From Campylobacteraceae bacterium (GTDB taxonomy: Bacteria > Campylobacterota > Campylobacteria > Campylobacterales > Sulfurovaceae), in assembly GCA_027030605.1 (NCBI GenBank), contig JALVEV010000091.1, positions 1 to 33,928 of the forward strand: a stretch of DNA of 33,928 nt, given 5' to 3'. Shown here piece after piece: positions 1-9,973 of this stretch (within the stretch, counting starts at the first letter, position 1; each line of letters begins with the position of its first letter). The translations under genes were made by a program, and so were the position numbers. The notes under the pieces are model-generated. The model saw only the letters and a program-made list of their open reading frames with translations, ran no database searches and was not told where the DNA came from.

Positions 1-3000
1 GTGTTCCAACTATTAAAGGTAGTTTTGTACTACTTGAAGCTTTTGTTTTGGTTATAAAGTCATCACTACTACTGCCTATAGTCAATGTTGTATGTAGTTG
101 GGTATTGTACTCATTAGAAGAGAGGTGTCCTACTCGTACTATATCACCATTTTTAACTGTAGTTACATTGTTGTTACCATTAACTGTAAAACCACTATGT
201 GATGGTTGTCCATTATAGCCACTACTACTAATAGCTACACTTTCTCCATTGGCTAACCAATCTACAGTAATAAAGGTGTCATAATACTTATTGATTTCAA
301 CTCCATAATAGTCTTTTAATCTAAATAGTTTTGTTGGGCTTTTATCTAAAACATGAATATTAAAGCTAAAGGTATCACTACCACTCTCATTTGTTGCTGT
401 TATTTGAATATTTGAGTATGTACCATTCTGTTCAAGAGAAGGAGTTCCACTCAACTCTCCTGAAGTAGTATTAAAATCTGCCCAAATAGGTTTATTGACT
501 ATGCTCCAACTTTGAACTTGACCTCCTGCATTGTTAGGTGTAAAGCTATAATGTAGATACTCATGTTCTGCTCTTGATTTAAAGCTTACTACTTGATTTT
601 GCTCTCCACTTAGCTGAGGTTTTACTGGAGTAGGATTTACTACAATGGAGAAGATAACAGAACTAGACAATCCTTGGCTATCTGTTGCTGTTAAATTTAT
701 ATCTTGATAGCTACCAAATGCTACTGTTCCTGTTATCTGACCTGTTGTTATGTTTATCTGCATCCAAGATGGTGCATTTTGCAAAGAGAATGTTACATTA
801 GAGTCATCTATAACTCTTGGAGTAAAACTTATATAGTCTCCTACTTTAACATTAGAGAAAGATGGTGTAGTTTGAAACAGAGGTGCTTTGTTTGTTGTAA
901 CAGAGAAACTAAAAGATTTATTTTTAAAGTTTAAAAACATAGTATCTGTATGACCCTGTGGTGTTGAACTAGCTATATAAATACGAAACCTAATGGTATC
1001 TCCATTTTTTAGCTTTATCCTTCCTGGATGTTCAAACGGTCCATTGTTTTTGCTATAAAAGGCATATCCACTAGGTCCAACAACTAAAGCATCTACTTCA
1101 ACACCTTGAGATAATCCAGATATTGTAACTGTATTTGAGAAGTAAGTTCCATTTGAGTTTACATTTGTAAGATTTCCAAAATCTATATCATCTGGAGTTT
1201 GGACTATTTTATGTGTCAAAACTTTAAAAGTTGCAAAACTTTTATAGTCACTATCTCCATTATCATAGTAAAGAATTGTTGCACTATGAGTTGTAGCACT
1301 ATTGTTAATATCTAAAATTTTTACCTTTAAAATATCTCCTGCTTTTACTCCTGTTATAGCCCCATCTGTCCAATTTGCACCATCTATTTTTATTAGAGTG
1401 TTTCTATTAGCTGGTTTTATTTTTATTCTACTACTATTTGATATACCTGTTATAGCTACTCCATCACTCTCTACACTTACATTTGCCCCATCTGCGACAC
1501 CTACTCTTTTTGTAGGAAACTCAAAACTAGTTGGAGTATAGTCTATAAGAGCAGGATTTGCTTTTGTTATGGTTTCAAATCTAGTTAAATAACTACCAAG
1601 TTTTATAGTAGTAACTTTTTTTGTCTCGAAACTATTTGCTGATATTTGTCTAAATCTTACTTTTATTCCTCTTGATGCACTATCTATTTTACTATACCAA
1701 CTACTATCTCCCTCAACTTGAACCTCTCCATTTTGTACAATCAAAGGTAAGTCACCTTCAAATCCATCTAATTTAAAAAACTCTGTCATATAAGTTCTAT
1801 TTAACTCAACATTATATTTAGGTTGAGGAGTAAATGGAATAGGAGTTATATCTCTTGCCCTAGTAAAAACTTCAAACTCTCCACTAACTCCTCCTATATT
1901 TAAGATTGCCTTTTTTGAAGAAGAGAATTGACTTGAAGCTGTTACTTTAACTACTATTTTATCTCCATTTGTTACACGAGAAGTTGTACTATTTTTATTT
2001 ACACCATTTAGACTATATGTTCCTCCCGTAATATTTACATCAACAAAAACATTTTCAGATAATCCACTAACAACTATTTCATTACTCTGAACAGTAGCTG
2101 ATGGCTCTACATTTATCTTTTTACCTAGATTAAAACTATTTGGAGTTGTATCTTCTACTAAAGAGTTTGGATTTGCTTTTGTTGTAGTGCTAAAGTAGAA
2201 ACTTCTACCATTTACTTTTAAAGTAGCCGTTTTTTTTGTACTATAATCAGACGATGCTATGGTTATAAGCTCTATAGTTGTTCCAGATGGAAGATTACGA
2301 GTAGTACTTGGATGAAGTATAGAAGTACCATTTATCATAGCATTTGCATTTACGACTTCTACAGTAACCTCTCCTTCAAATCCTAAAAGTGTAACTATAT
2401 TGGAGTTTACTTGCGAACTTGGCTCAACATCAAATTTATCTATAAACTCTAACTCAAAATCAATAGGAAGCACCCCTTGCAACATCTGGTCAATATGGGT
2501 TGCAACATCTGAACCTACCTCAGAGTCTATATTTGTTGCTACTTCTGAAAGATTTATAGTTTTTACTTTATCTTTTATATCTTGAACTCCAACCTCTCCT
2601 TTTCCCTCTAAATCCCCATCTTTAGCATCATCTACTATATCTTCAAGTACTTTTTTAGGATTTTGAGTCGATAGAAGGGCTGCTGAGATTTGTAGAAGTT
2701 TTGCATTATCTGCTCTATCGGTTTTAGTCATGTCTAAACTTTCAGGACCTTTACCATTTGATAAATCAAGATTAAACATATCTTTTATAAGAGAGTTTGC
2801 TAAAGCATAAGCCTCATCAAAACTTTTGCCCTCTTTTAGAAGTTGTATAATTCTAGCAGATGTAATTTGAGTTAAAACATTTGCATTTACTCCTCCTTCT
2901 ATTTTTCTTGTTCCACCTTTTATAACAACAGAGAGATTTCCATCGCTCCTATACTCTCCTGTAACCTCATCAAAGTAACTACCTGTTACTACTATTTGTG

Positions 3001-3292
3001 TAGGATTTGTCCAAGGTAGGGAGCTAAATGTAAAGTTTCCTTTATTATCAGATGTAGTTGTTTGAACTACTCTACCACTTCTAACACCATCTACAAGTTC
3101 ATAAGCCTTGACAGTAGCTCCTTGGGTAAAAGGTCCTTTTTGTGCAAGACCTGAAATAGTATATTCAGAAGAGATATTATCGTTAAGATTAGAAGTTGAA
3201 GCAGAGTCAGAACATCCAGCATAGAAGAGAAAGAGGAGTCCACTTAAAAAAATAGGAAAAAAAGAAGATTTTTTTATTTTAATACCATACAT
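1..3292 (-). CDS. Large surface lipoprotein with ~100-aa beta-rich repeats and putative Ig (He_PIG-like) domains; partial, runs off the left edge
   Basis: Absent from the ORF track because it has no stop in the window. ATG at 3292 with AAGGA RBS; manual translation MYGIKIKKSSFFPIFLSGLLFLFYAGC (lipobox) then GLAQKGPFTQGATVKAYEL, repeats starting DTTPNSF/DITPIPF/DYTPTSF/QTPDDIDF, and Ig-like segments (NAPSWMQINITTGQITGT; NKPIWADFNTTSGELSGTP). Same frame is still open at base 2 (KLPLIVGT). Confidence 0.85.
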   Translation of the reverse strand, partial: MYGIKIKKSSFFPIFLSGLLFLFYAGCSDSASTSNLNDNISSEYTISGLAQKGPFTQGATVKAYELVDGVRSGRVVQTTTSDNKGNFTFSSLPWTNPTQIVVTGSYFDEVTGEYRSDGNLSVVIKGGTRKIEGGVNANVLTQITSARIIQLLKEGKSFDEAYALANSLIKDMFNLDLSNGKGPESLDMTKTDRADNAKLLQISAALLSTQNPKKVLEDIVDDAKDGDLEGKGEVGVQDIKDKVKTINLSEVATNIDSEVGSDVATHIDQMLQGVLPIDFELEFIDKFDVEPSSQVNSNIVTLLGFEGEVTVEVVNANAMINGTSILHPSTTRNLPSGTTIELITIASSDYSTKKTATLKVNGRSFYFSTTTKANPNSLVEDTTPNSFNLGKKINVEPSATVQSNEIVVSGLSENVFVDVNITGGTYSLNGVNKNSTTSRVTNGDKIVVKVTASSQFSSSKKAILNIGGVSGEFEVFTRARDITPIPFTPQPKYNVELNRTYMTEFFKLDGFEGDLPLIVQNGEVQVEGDSSWYSKIDSASRGIKVRFRQISANSFETKKVTTIKLGSYLTRFETITKANPALIDYTPTSFEFPTKRVGVADGANVSVESDGVAITGISNSSRIKIKPANRNTLIKIDGANWTDGAITGVKAGDILKVKILDINNSATTHSATILYYDNGDSDYKSFATFKVLTHKIVQTPDDIDFGNLTNVNSNGTYFSNTVTISGLSQGVEVDALVVGPSGYAFYSKNNGPFEHPGRIKLKNGDTIRFRIYIASSTPQGHTDTMFLNFKNKSFSFSVTTNKAPLFQTTPSFSNVKVGDYISFTPRVIDDSNVTFSLQNAPSWMQINITTGQITGTVAFGSYQDINLTATDSQGLSSSVIFSIVVNPTPVKPQLSGEQNQVVSFKSRAEHEYLHYSFTPNNAGGQVQSWSIVNKPIWADFNTTSGELSGTPSLEQNGTYSNIQITATNESGSDTFSFNIHVLDKSPTKLFRLKDYYGVEINKYYDTFITVDWLANGESVAISSSGYNGQPSHSGFTVNGNNNVTTVKNGDIVRVGHLSSNEYNTQLHTTLTIGSSSDDFITKTKASSSTKLPLIVGT

Positions 3293-3331
3293 AATGTTTC
3301 CTTATTATAAATTTTATATTAATATATTTAT

Positions 3332-3367
3332 AGTATAAAACATTAGCATTACAAAAGTGTTACAAAA
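3332..3367 (-). promoter_or_regulatory. Candidate promoter of the lipoprotein gene with an 11-bp-period direct repeat (winged-helix regulator site)
   Basis: TATACT on the minus strand at 3332-3337; TTACAAAA at 3349-3356 and 3360-3367. Confidence 0.5.
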
Positions 3368-3408
3368 TATGATTTTTTAAAAATATTTTTTAATATTATT
3401 AAATAGTA

Positions 3409-4080
3409 CTAAATTTTAAAAATATACCCTTCAGAAGAGTAAGTATCTATAAATCTATGCTTTAACTTAGCACGTAAACGGCTAATTAGAGTTCTTCTTC
3501 TATTGGAGCTACTTGGTTTATCTGGCCATAGCTCATACTCCATGGTCATAAATGAGATAAATCTATTTTTATTATTTAAAAAAAACACTAAAAGCTCTCT
3601 CTCTTTTTTAGTTAAATGAACCTCTTCTCCACAACAGATAAGTTGAAGATTTTTTGAATTGAAACTAAATTCATGGTCTAAAACTATATCACCAATCTCT
3701 CTATCTGTTTTAGACTCTAAAGATTTTAAACCTATTTTAACAGCAGCAAAAAGCTCTTGACGATTAAATGGCTTCATTAAGTAGGCAGTAGGGTTAACCT
3801 TAATAGCTCTCTCAATAGTCTCTTCATCTATATGAGCTGTTAAAAATATAATAGGAACATTTTTCTCTTTTTTAATTTTTATAGAAGCATCAATTCCATC
3901 ACCCTCCATAAGATAAATGTCCATCAATATTAAATTTACTTCATTTTCTATAGCTGTATTGTAGGCATCATTAGCAGTAGTGCAGATACCTATAACTTCA
4001 TAACCTAAATTAAGAAGGTAACTCTCTATCTCCATGGCAACAATAGCCTCATCTTCAACTATTAATATTTTTGCACTCAT
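3409..4080 (-). CDS. Two-component response regulator (REC + winged helix)
   Basis: ILIVEDE, LILMDI phospho-Asp, FLTA, YLMKPF; C-terminal LTKKERELL...LISRLRAKL...GYIF. Confidence 0.92.
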   Translation of the reverse strand: MSAKILIVEDEAIVAMEIESYLLNLGYEVIGICTTANDAYNTAIENEVNLILMDIYLMEGDGIDASIKIKKEKNVPIIFLTAHIDEETIERAIKVNPTAYLMKPFNRQELFAAVKIGLKSLESKTDREIGDIVLDHEFSFNSKNLQLICCGEEVHLTKKERELLVFFLNNKNRFISFMTMEYELWPDKPSSSNRRRTLISRLRAKLKHRFIDTYSSEGYIFKI

Positions 4081-5918
4081 AGGCTAAACCTTATTGTATA
4101 TTGTGTTAAATTTTTAGTTATCATCTCTATCTCTCCTTTTAACTGCTGTATTACTAAAGAGTGTATCAGTTTTAGTCCAAGTGATTTGTTCTTTTTATCA
4201 TAAATGAACCCCTCTCCATTGTCTCTTACAACCAATACAAACTTCCCATCTCTCTCATTTAAAGAGATAAAAATTTCTCCTTTTTCTCCATTAAATGCAT
4301 ACTTATAAGCATTTGTTACCAACTCATTAATAATAATACCAATATATATTGACTCTCGTAAAGGAAGTTCAGCAGAGATATCTGTTTTAACTTCAACTTT
4401 ACAATCAACTCCACACACAGATACTCCTAAATCAAAAAGTAGTGCATTGATATACTCTTGCATATCTATAGCCTCTAAATTATCATCTAACAAGAGTAAA
4501 TTGTATGTTTTTGCTATGGCATTAATTCTATTTTCTAATCTTACAAACTTATCTACTACATACTTATCATCAATCTTATCTCTTTGTAGTCGAATCATCG
4601 AAAGAATAATCTGTAGGTTATTCTTAATACGATGATGTAACTCTTTAAGTAGTAACTCTTTTGATTTTAGAGCTTGATTTAGTAAAAGTGTCTTTTTGGT
4701 AACCTCATTTTTTACTATTTTTTCTCTATTTTTTAAGTTCTCTAACAACTTTTTATCTATCTTTTCCTTTGCTTCTTGTAGGAGTTTATATCTATCAGTA
4801 AAAGCTAAAGAGAGAACTAAAGCTTCTATAACTGAACACCACATAAGTAGATTAGGAAAATGATGAATTACAGAGGCTAAACCTAATCCATCAATAATCA
4901 TTAAAGAGTAAGAGATAAAGACTGTTCCAAAACCAACAATAAATAGTCTAGCCTCTTTATGTCCATTTTTATAAGCAATAACTCCTGCCATAATATTAAA
5001 AATAATAAACATAGCACCTGTTATAATAATAACTTGTATATTGTAAAACTCTGGCAGACTAAATATAAACATCTCTAAAGTAATTAAAAGCAGAAACCCT
5101 TTATAGAATCTATGTAGCCAAGTAATATCTTTGGTCTTTAAAAACGACATAGCAAATAGTGCTGAAGATAACATAAGCATAGCTATCTTAAATATAGCCG
5201 ACTTCATATCGAAAACAATAAAATCAAAAGGTAGATAAATCTGCGTTAAACCAACATAGGTAAACTGCTGATATATAATAAAAAATAGATAGAGTGCATA
5301 GTAGAAGTAACTTCTATCTTTTGCATAAAAAGCCAAAACTAAGGCATATAGCATTAAAGCAACAAGCATACCAATAAGCAATATATTAATAAACTGTTTA
5401 TCTCTATCCTCTTTTAAGAATAGATTTTTATCTTCTAAGTTCATAGAAAAACTAAGAGGAGTATAGTAAGTTTCTACTTTTATATAGTAGTCCATCTTAC
5501 TTTGAGGAGCTAATAGAATATCATAGTAGTAGGAGAGAGTATGATGTTGAGTCTGTTTAAAGGATAAACCTCGTAAAATAGGTTGACTATTTAGCCCTTT
5601 ATAGAGTGTAATAGATTCTAAAAGTGGAGAGCTAAAAACCAATACCTTTTCTACTGTAGAGTTAGAACTATTTTTTAGATTAAACTTAATCCATACACTA
5701 TTTGATGTACCTGAATTGAAATGAGCTTTACTGTAGGGTTTAAATAGATTTTGATTAAGTAGCTCTTGAAGTTCTAATGAGTTATTATTAAATACGACTT
5801 CACTATGTTCTAATAAAGAGAGTTTATCTATAGTACTGTCTACTGTTATAGAGGTAGCAAAAAGTTCTGCTGATACAAATAATAATAACAGATATAATTT
5901 AAAAATATAACTACCCAT
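4077..5918 (-). CDS. 7TM-DISM sensor histidine kinase (HisKA_2-type)
   Basis: Signal peptide, extracellular domain (VWIKFNLKN), about 7 hydrophobic helices, ELHHRIKNNLQ H-box, NELVTNAYKYAF, VRDNGEG, SLGLKL; 4-bp overlap with the regulator. Confidence 0.9.
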   Translation of the reverse strand: MGSYIFKLYLLLLFVSAELFATSITVDSTIDKLSLLEHSEVVFNNNSLELQELLNQNLFKPYSKAHFNSGTSNSVWIKFNLKNSSNSTVEKVLVFSSPLLESITLYKGLNSQPILRGLSFKQTQHHTLSYYYDILLAPQSKMDYYIKVETYYTPLSFSMNLEDKNLFLKEDRDKQFINILLIGMLVALMLYALVLAFYAKDRSYFYYALYLFFIIYQQFTYVGLTQIYLPFDFIVFDMKSAIFKIAMLMLSSALFAMSFLKTKDITWLHRFYKGFLLLITLEMFIFSLPEFYNIQVIIITGAMFIIFNIMAGVIAYKNGHKEARLFIVGFGTVFISYSLMIIDGLGLASVIHHFPNLLMWCSVIEALVLSLAFTDRYKLLQEAKEKIDKKLLENLKNREKIVKNEVTKKTLLLNQALKSKELLLKELHHRIKNNLQIILSMIRLQRDKIDDKYVVDKFVRLENRINAIAKTYNLLLLDDNLEAIDMQEYINALLFDLGVSVCGVDCKVEVKTDISAELPLRESIYIGIIINELVTNAYKYAFNGEKGEIFISLNERDGKFVLVVRDNGEGFIYDKKNKSLGLKLIHSLVIQQLKGEIEMITKNLTQYTIRFSL

Positions 5919-6038
5919 TTTTTAAGCCAATTAATAATATCTAATCCAAAAAGGATAAAGTGGTAAATTATATCACATTTATACAAAATTAAAGTATTTT
6001 TTAAGAATAGAAATGCTTTTTTTTAAAACTATTTTCGA

Positions 6039-6222
6039 TATACTTCCAAGCTTTTTTACAAGCAAATTCTCATGTAGTTAATCCTTGAACGGTTGCGTTA
6101 AACTTAACGTTAAGGGCTACAGTGGAATAAAAACCTATAGACTACGGTCTCTAAAAATTCTATTTTTGTCTTAAAATATATAGTTTTACTATCTATTTTT
6201 GGACTTTTGCAAGGAGCAAAAT
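6039..6222 (+). promoter_or_regulatory. rpsB promoter and structured 5' leader
   Basis: TATACT at 6039-6044; interrupted hairpin 6073-6121 (TGTAG/CTACA, CCTT/AAGG, CGTTAA/TTAACG); AGAC-TACG-GTCT hairpin 6139-6150; AAGGAG RBS before ATG 6223. Confidence 0.5.
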
Positions 6223-7239
6223 ATGGTAACAATGAAAGATTTATTGGAGTGTGGTGTACACTTTGGACACCAAACTAGAAGATGGAATCCAAAAATGAAA
6301 AAGTTTATTTTTGGTGAGAGAAAAAACATCTATATTATTGACCTACAAAAGACGCTTAGATATTTCAAATATACATACAATGTAGTAAAAGAGGCAGCAG
6401 CAGAGGGTCAAACAATTATCTTTGTTGGAACAAAGAAACAGGCACGTTCAGCAGTTAAAGAACATGCTGAGAGATGTGGAATGCCTTATGTCTCTACAAG
6501 ATGGTTAGGTGGAATGTTAACAAACTACCCTACAATGAAAAAATCTATTAGAAAACTTGAAATCATTGAGCAGATGGAAGAGACTGGACAGATTGACCTC
6601 TTAACTAAAAAAGAGGCACTTATGCTCTCAAGAAAAAAAGAGAAACTTGCCTCTTACCTTGAAGGTTTCAGACATATGAAAAAACTTCCAGAGATGATGT
6701 TTGTTATTGATGCTGTAAAAGAGCATATTGCCGTTAAAGAGGCAAGAAGATTAGGTATGAAAGTTGTTGCACCACTAGATACTAACTGTGACCCTGATGT
6801 TGTAGACTACCCAATCCCAGGAAACGATGATGCTATTCGTTCAATCAACCTATTCTGTAAAGAGATGGCTGAAGCAATTATTGAAGGTAAAGCTGAACTA
6901 GCAGAGAAAGAGGGTGTTGCAACTGAAGATGCACCAGCAGCCGATGCAGAGTTTGCAGAAGCTATGATGGCTAAATCAGAAGAGTCAGAGGCAACATCTA
7001 CTCCATCTGAAGAGGAAGTTAAGGAGATTATTGAAGAGGCTGTAGCTGAGGGTGAACAAGAGAGAGATGACCTTACTAAACTTACAGGTATTGGTAAAGT
7101 AGGTCAAGATAACCTTTACAGTGCAGGAATTACAACTTTTGCACAAATCGCTGCAATGAGTGAAGAGGAAGCTGCAGCTGCAAAAGTAAAAGCAGAAGCA
7201 GTTGCAGAAGCAAAAGAGTTAGTTGGAGCAGGAGCATAA
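6223..7239 (+). CDS. rpsB: 30S ribosomal protein S2 with acidic linker and C-terminal helix-hairpin-helix extension
   Basis: [38 protein letters not shown]. Start moved from the track's TTG 6199 to ATG 6223 on RBS and family N-terminus. Confidence 0.98.
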   Translation: MVTMKDLLECGVHFGHQTRRWNPKMKKFIFGERKNIYIIDLQKTLRYFKYTYNVVKEAAAEGQTIIFVGTKKQARSAVKEHAERCGMPYVSTRWLGGMLTNYPTMKKSIRKLEIIEQMEETGQIDLLTKKEALMLSRKKEKLASYLEGFRHMKKLPEMMFVIDAVKEHIAVKEARRLGMKVVAPLDTNCDPDVVDYPIPGNDDAIRSINLFCKEMAEAIIEGKAELAEKEGVATEDAPAADAEFAEAMMAKSEESEATSTPSEEEVKEIIEEAVAEGEQERDDLTKLTGIGKVGQDNLYSAGITTFAQIAAMSEEEAAAAKVKAEAVAEAKELVGAGA

Positions 7240-7240
7240 A

Positions 7241-8296
7241 ATGGCAAACTTTGGACCAAAAGATATTAAAAAATTAAGAGAGACTACCTCTGCTGGTATG
7301 ATGGACTGTAAAAAAGCACTAGCTGAAACTAATGGTGATTTTGATGAGGCTGTTGCATGGCTTAGAGAAAAGGGTCTAGGTGCAGCTGCTAAAAAAGCTA
7401 ATAAAGTTGCTGCAGAGGGAGTGGTTTCTGTAGAAGTAGATGACAATAAAGCTGTAATTGTAGAGGTAAACTCTCAAACAGACTTTGTTGCTCAAAATGA
7501 TGTCTTTAAAGGTGTTGTAGCAGAGATTACAAAACACGCTTTTGAGAATAATTTAGCAGATGCAGATGCAATCAACAACTCTACTATCAATGGACAGCCT
7601 TTTTCAGAGTATCTCTCTTTACAAATTGCAAAGATTGGTGAAAACCTTGTTGTAAGACGTGCAGGTATGATTAGCTCAGATGATGAGAATTTTGCTATTA
7701 ATGGTTATGTTCATGCAAACTCAAGAGTAGCAGTACTTCTTGGTGCAAAGTGTGAAGATGCTGAAACTGCAAAAAAAGTAGCAACTGAACTTAAAAATAT
7801 TGCAATGCACGCAGCAGCTATGAGTCCAAGTACACTCTCATACAAAGATTTTGATGCTCAGTTTGTAGCTGATGAGACAGCAGGTAGAATTGAAAAAGTA
7901 AAAAAAGAGAATGAAGAGTTAACTAGACTTGGGAAACCTCTTAAAAATGTACCTCAATTTGTTAGTAGACAACAGCTTACAGATGAAGTAATTGCAGAGG
8001 CTAAAAAAGCTATTGAAGCTGAATTAAAAGCAGAGGGTAAACCTGAAAAGATTTGGGATAGAATTGTTCCAGGTAAGCTAGAGAGATTTATCTCTGATAA
8101 CACTCTTCTTGACCAAGAACTTGCACTTCTTGACCAAAAGTATGTTATGGACGACTCTGTAACTGTTGGAGAGTATATTGCAAAAATCTCTGATGGTAAA
8201 GCAGAGATTACTGAGTTTATTAGACTTGAGGTTGGTGAAGGTATTGAAGTAGAAGAGGAAGATTTTGCAGCTGAAGTTGCAAAGCAGATGGCGTAA
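7241..8296 (+). CDS. tsf: Translation elongation factor Ts
   Basis: LRETTSAGMMDCKKAL, EVNSQTDFVA, KIGENL, follows rpsB; start moved to ATG 7241. Confidence 0.98.
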   Translation: MANFGPKDIKKLRETTSAGMMDCKKALAETNGDFDEAVAWLREKGLGAAAKKANKVAAEGVVSVEVDDNKAVIVEVNSQTDFVAQNDVFKGVVAEITKHAFENNLADADAINNSTINGQPFSEYLSLQIAKIGENLVVRRAGMISSDDENFAINGYVHANSRVAVLLGAKCEDAETAKKVATELKNIAMHAAAMSPSTLSYKDFDAQFVADETAGRIEKVKKENEELTRLGKPLKNVPQFVSRQQLTDEVIAEAKKAIEAELKAEGKPEKIWDRIVPGKLERFISDNTLLDQELALLDQKYVMDDSVTVGEYIAKISDGKAEITEFIRLEVGEGIEVEEEDFAAEVAKQMA

Positions 8297-8313
8297 TTTT
8301 CTCCTTTTTTAGT

Positions 8314-8337
8314 GGTGCGATAGCAATCGCACCCTAC
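8314..8337 (-). repeat. GTAG-type REP-like palindrome after tsf
   Basis: Minus strand reads GTAG-GGTGCGAT-TGCT-ATCGCACC: GTAG foot plus perfect 8-bp stem. Confidence 0.65.
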
Positions 8338-8391
8338 CTCTAAACAAATTTCTTATATAATCTTTTCCAATTTATTCATAAAGAAACTAAA

Positions 8392-9042
8392 ATGTCTCAA
8401 ACACTGTTAACAGCTAAAAATATTGCTCATAAATTTGATTATGAACTATTTACCAATGTCAATTTAGAGGTAAAAGAGAGAGAGAGTATCGCTATTGTTG
8501 GTCGTAGTGGTTCAGGAAAATCAACCCTACTCCATATCTTCTCTACTTTTATACACCCCAACAGAGGTGAGGTTACACTTCTAGGTAAAAATATCTACTC
8601 CTTAAGTGAAGAGAAAACCGAAAAGATACGCCGTTATGACTTAGGAATTATCTTTCAAGCCCACTACCTATTTAAGGGTATGACAGCCTTAGATAATATT
8701 GAGATAGCAACGCTTCTCGCAAATGAGAAGATAGACAACGAACTTCTAGAACGCCTAGAAATCAGAGAACTCATGAAACAGAAGATAGGTGAACTCTCAG
8801 GTGGACAACAACAACGTGTCTCAATCGCTAGAGTTCTCTCCAAAAAGCCTAAAATTATTTTTGCTGATGAGCCTACAGGAAATCTAGACAAAGAGACAGC
8901 TAAACTTGTAATGGATGTTCTTTTGGAGTACATAGAGAGAAACAGTGCAGGTCTTATTTTAGTAACACACGATGCAGAGATGGCAGAGCTTTGTAGCAAA
9001 AGTTTTAAACTAGAGCAGAAAGTACTTAAGGAGATAGTATGA
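8392..9042 (+). CDS. ABC transporter ATP-binding protein (LolD/FtsE-like)
   Basis: Walker A GRSGSGKS, LSGGQQQR, FADEPTGNLD, LVTHD. Confidence 0.92.
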   Translation: MSQTLLTAKNIAHKFDYELFTNVNLEVKERESIAIVGRSGSGKSTLLHIFSTFIHPNRGEVTLLGKNIYSLSEEKTEKIRRYDLGIIFQAHYLFKGMTALDNIEIATLLANEKIDNELLERLEIRELMKQKIGELSGGQQQRVSIARVLSKKPKIIFADEPTGNLDKETAKLVMDVLLEYIERNSAGLILVTHDAEMAELCSKSFKLEQKVLKEIV

Positions 9043-9155
9043 GTATAGAGGAGATTCTTCTAAAAATCCTTCTTTTTTTTGGGGTCTTTTATGGTGCTAT
9101 TGCTATTACGGCTTTTATTAGTAAGAAGATTCATGAGAGAGATAAAGATAAGTAG
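9039..9155 (+). CDS. 38-aa single-pass membrane peptide (below ORF track cutoff)
   Basis: AAGGAG RBS, ATGA overlap with the ABC ATPase stop; MSIEEILLKILLFFGVFYGAIAITAFISKKIHERDKDK*. Confidence 0.6.
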   Translation: MSIEEILLKILLFFGVFYGAIAITAFISKKIHERDKDK

Positions 9156-9217
9156 TTTATATAGTATATAAAGCTGGATTATTCTATACTTTTAGAATTA
9201 AAACAAGGATATAGATA

Positions 9218-9967
9218 ATGAAAAAAATTTTACTACTACTTTCTCTCTCTTTTAGCATTCTTTTTTCTGCTACACCAAAACAGATTGATGAATACTTGTC
9301 TCTCTCTAAATCAGATAGGTCTCTACTTGAAATTGAACAGATGATTGATCAGATATTACCTGAAGAGACTTCTAAAAATACTGAGTCTATTAAGATAAAA
9401 TTTCGTGAATATTTAGAGAAAAACTTAAGTGAACAAGAGGTTATAGAGTTGAATAAACTTTATAGAAATCCTCTTTTCTCTGTATTAGTTGATATAGATC
9501 CTGATATACCAGAAGAGGAGCTTATGGAGTTTAATCGTACACTTAAAGAGAATCCTCTTTCAACTGAACGTATGGAGTTAAATAATAAAATTCTTGAGGG
9601 AATGTTTGATGAAGAGATAATTGAGTATATGGTTGTAAAGATGCAAAATCTTATGGCTAAACAGTTTGGTATTCCTTCTGATGTTAATTTAACAAAAGAG
9701 GATAAAAAAGAGATGTTATCTTCTATGCAGGAGGAGTTGAAAATTCCACTACTTTACCAAACACAAACATTGAGTTTAGATGAGTTAAAAGAGCTTGAAG
9801 CCTTAAGTAACTCTGCTCTTGTTCTTAAAACTAATAAAGTTGTGCTTCATGCAACATTTTATGCTATGGAAGATTTTTTTCATGATATCGTTCAAAGTAT
9901 GATAAATGAATCAATGAAAGTATTAGGTGTTTCAAATTCTAATAATGCTACTCCTAAAAAAGAGTAA
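9218..9967 (+). CDS. Exported alpha-helical hypothetical protein (possibly DUF2059-like)
   Basis: AAGGA RBS, signal peptide MKKILLLLSLSFSILFS-A, two loosely similar halves (LSEQEVIELNKLY / LSLDELKELEAL). Confidence 0.7.
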   Translation: MKKILLLLSLSFSILFSATPKQIDEYLSLSKSDRSLLEIEQMIDQILPEETSKNTESIKIKFREYLEKNLSEQEVIELNKLYRNPLFSVLVDIDPDIPEEELMEFNRTLKENPLSTERMELNNKILEGMFDEEIIEYMVVKMQNLMAKQFGIPSDVNLTKEDKKEMLSSMQEELKIPLLYQTQTLSLDELKELEALSNSALVLKTNKVVLHATFYAMEDFFHDIVQSMINESMKVLGVSNSNNATPKKE

Positions 9968-9973
9968 CATCAT

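Noticed and set aside
704-2585. Three short + strand ORFs (704-934, 1302-1541, 2400-2585)
   Set aside because: They are antisense shadows of the large minus-strand lipoprotein.
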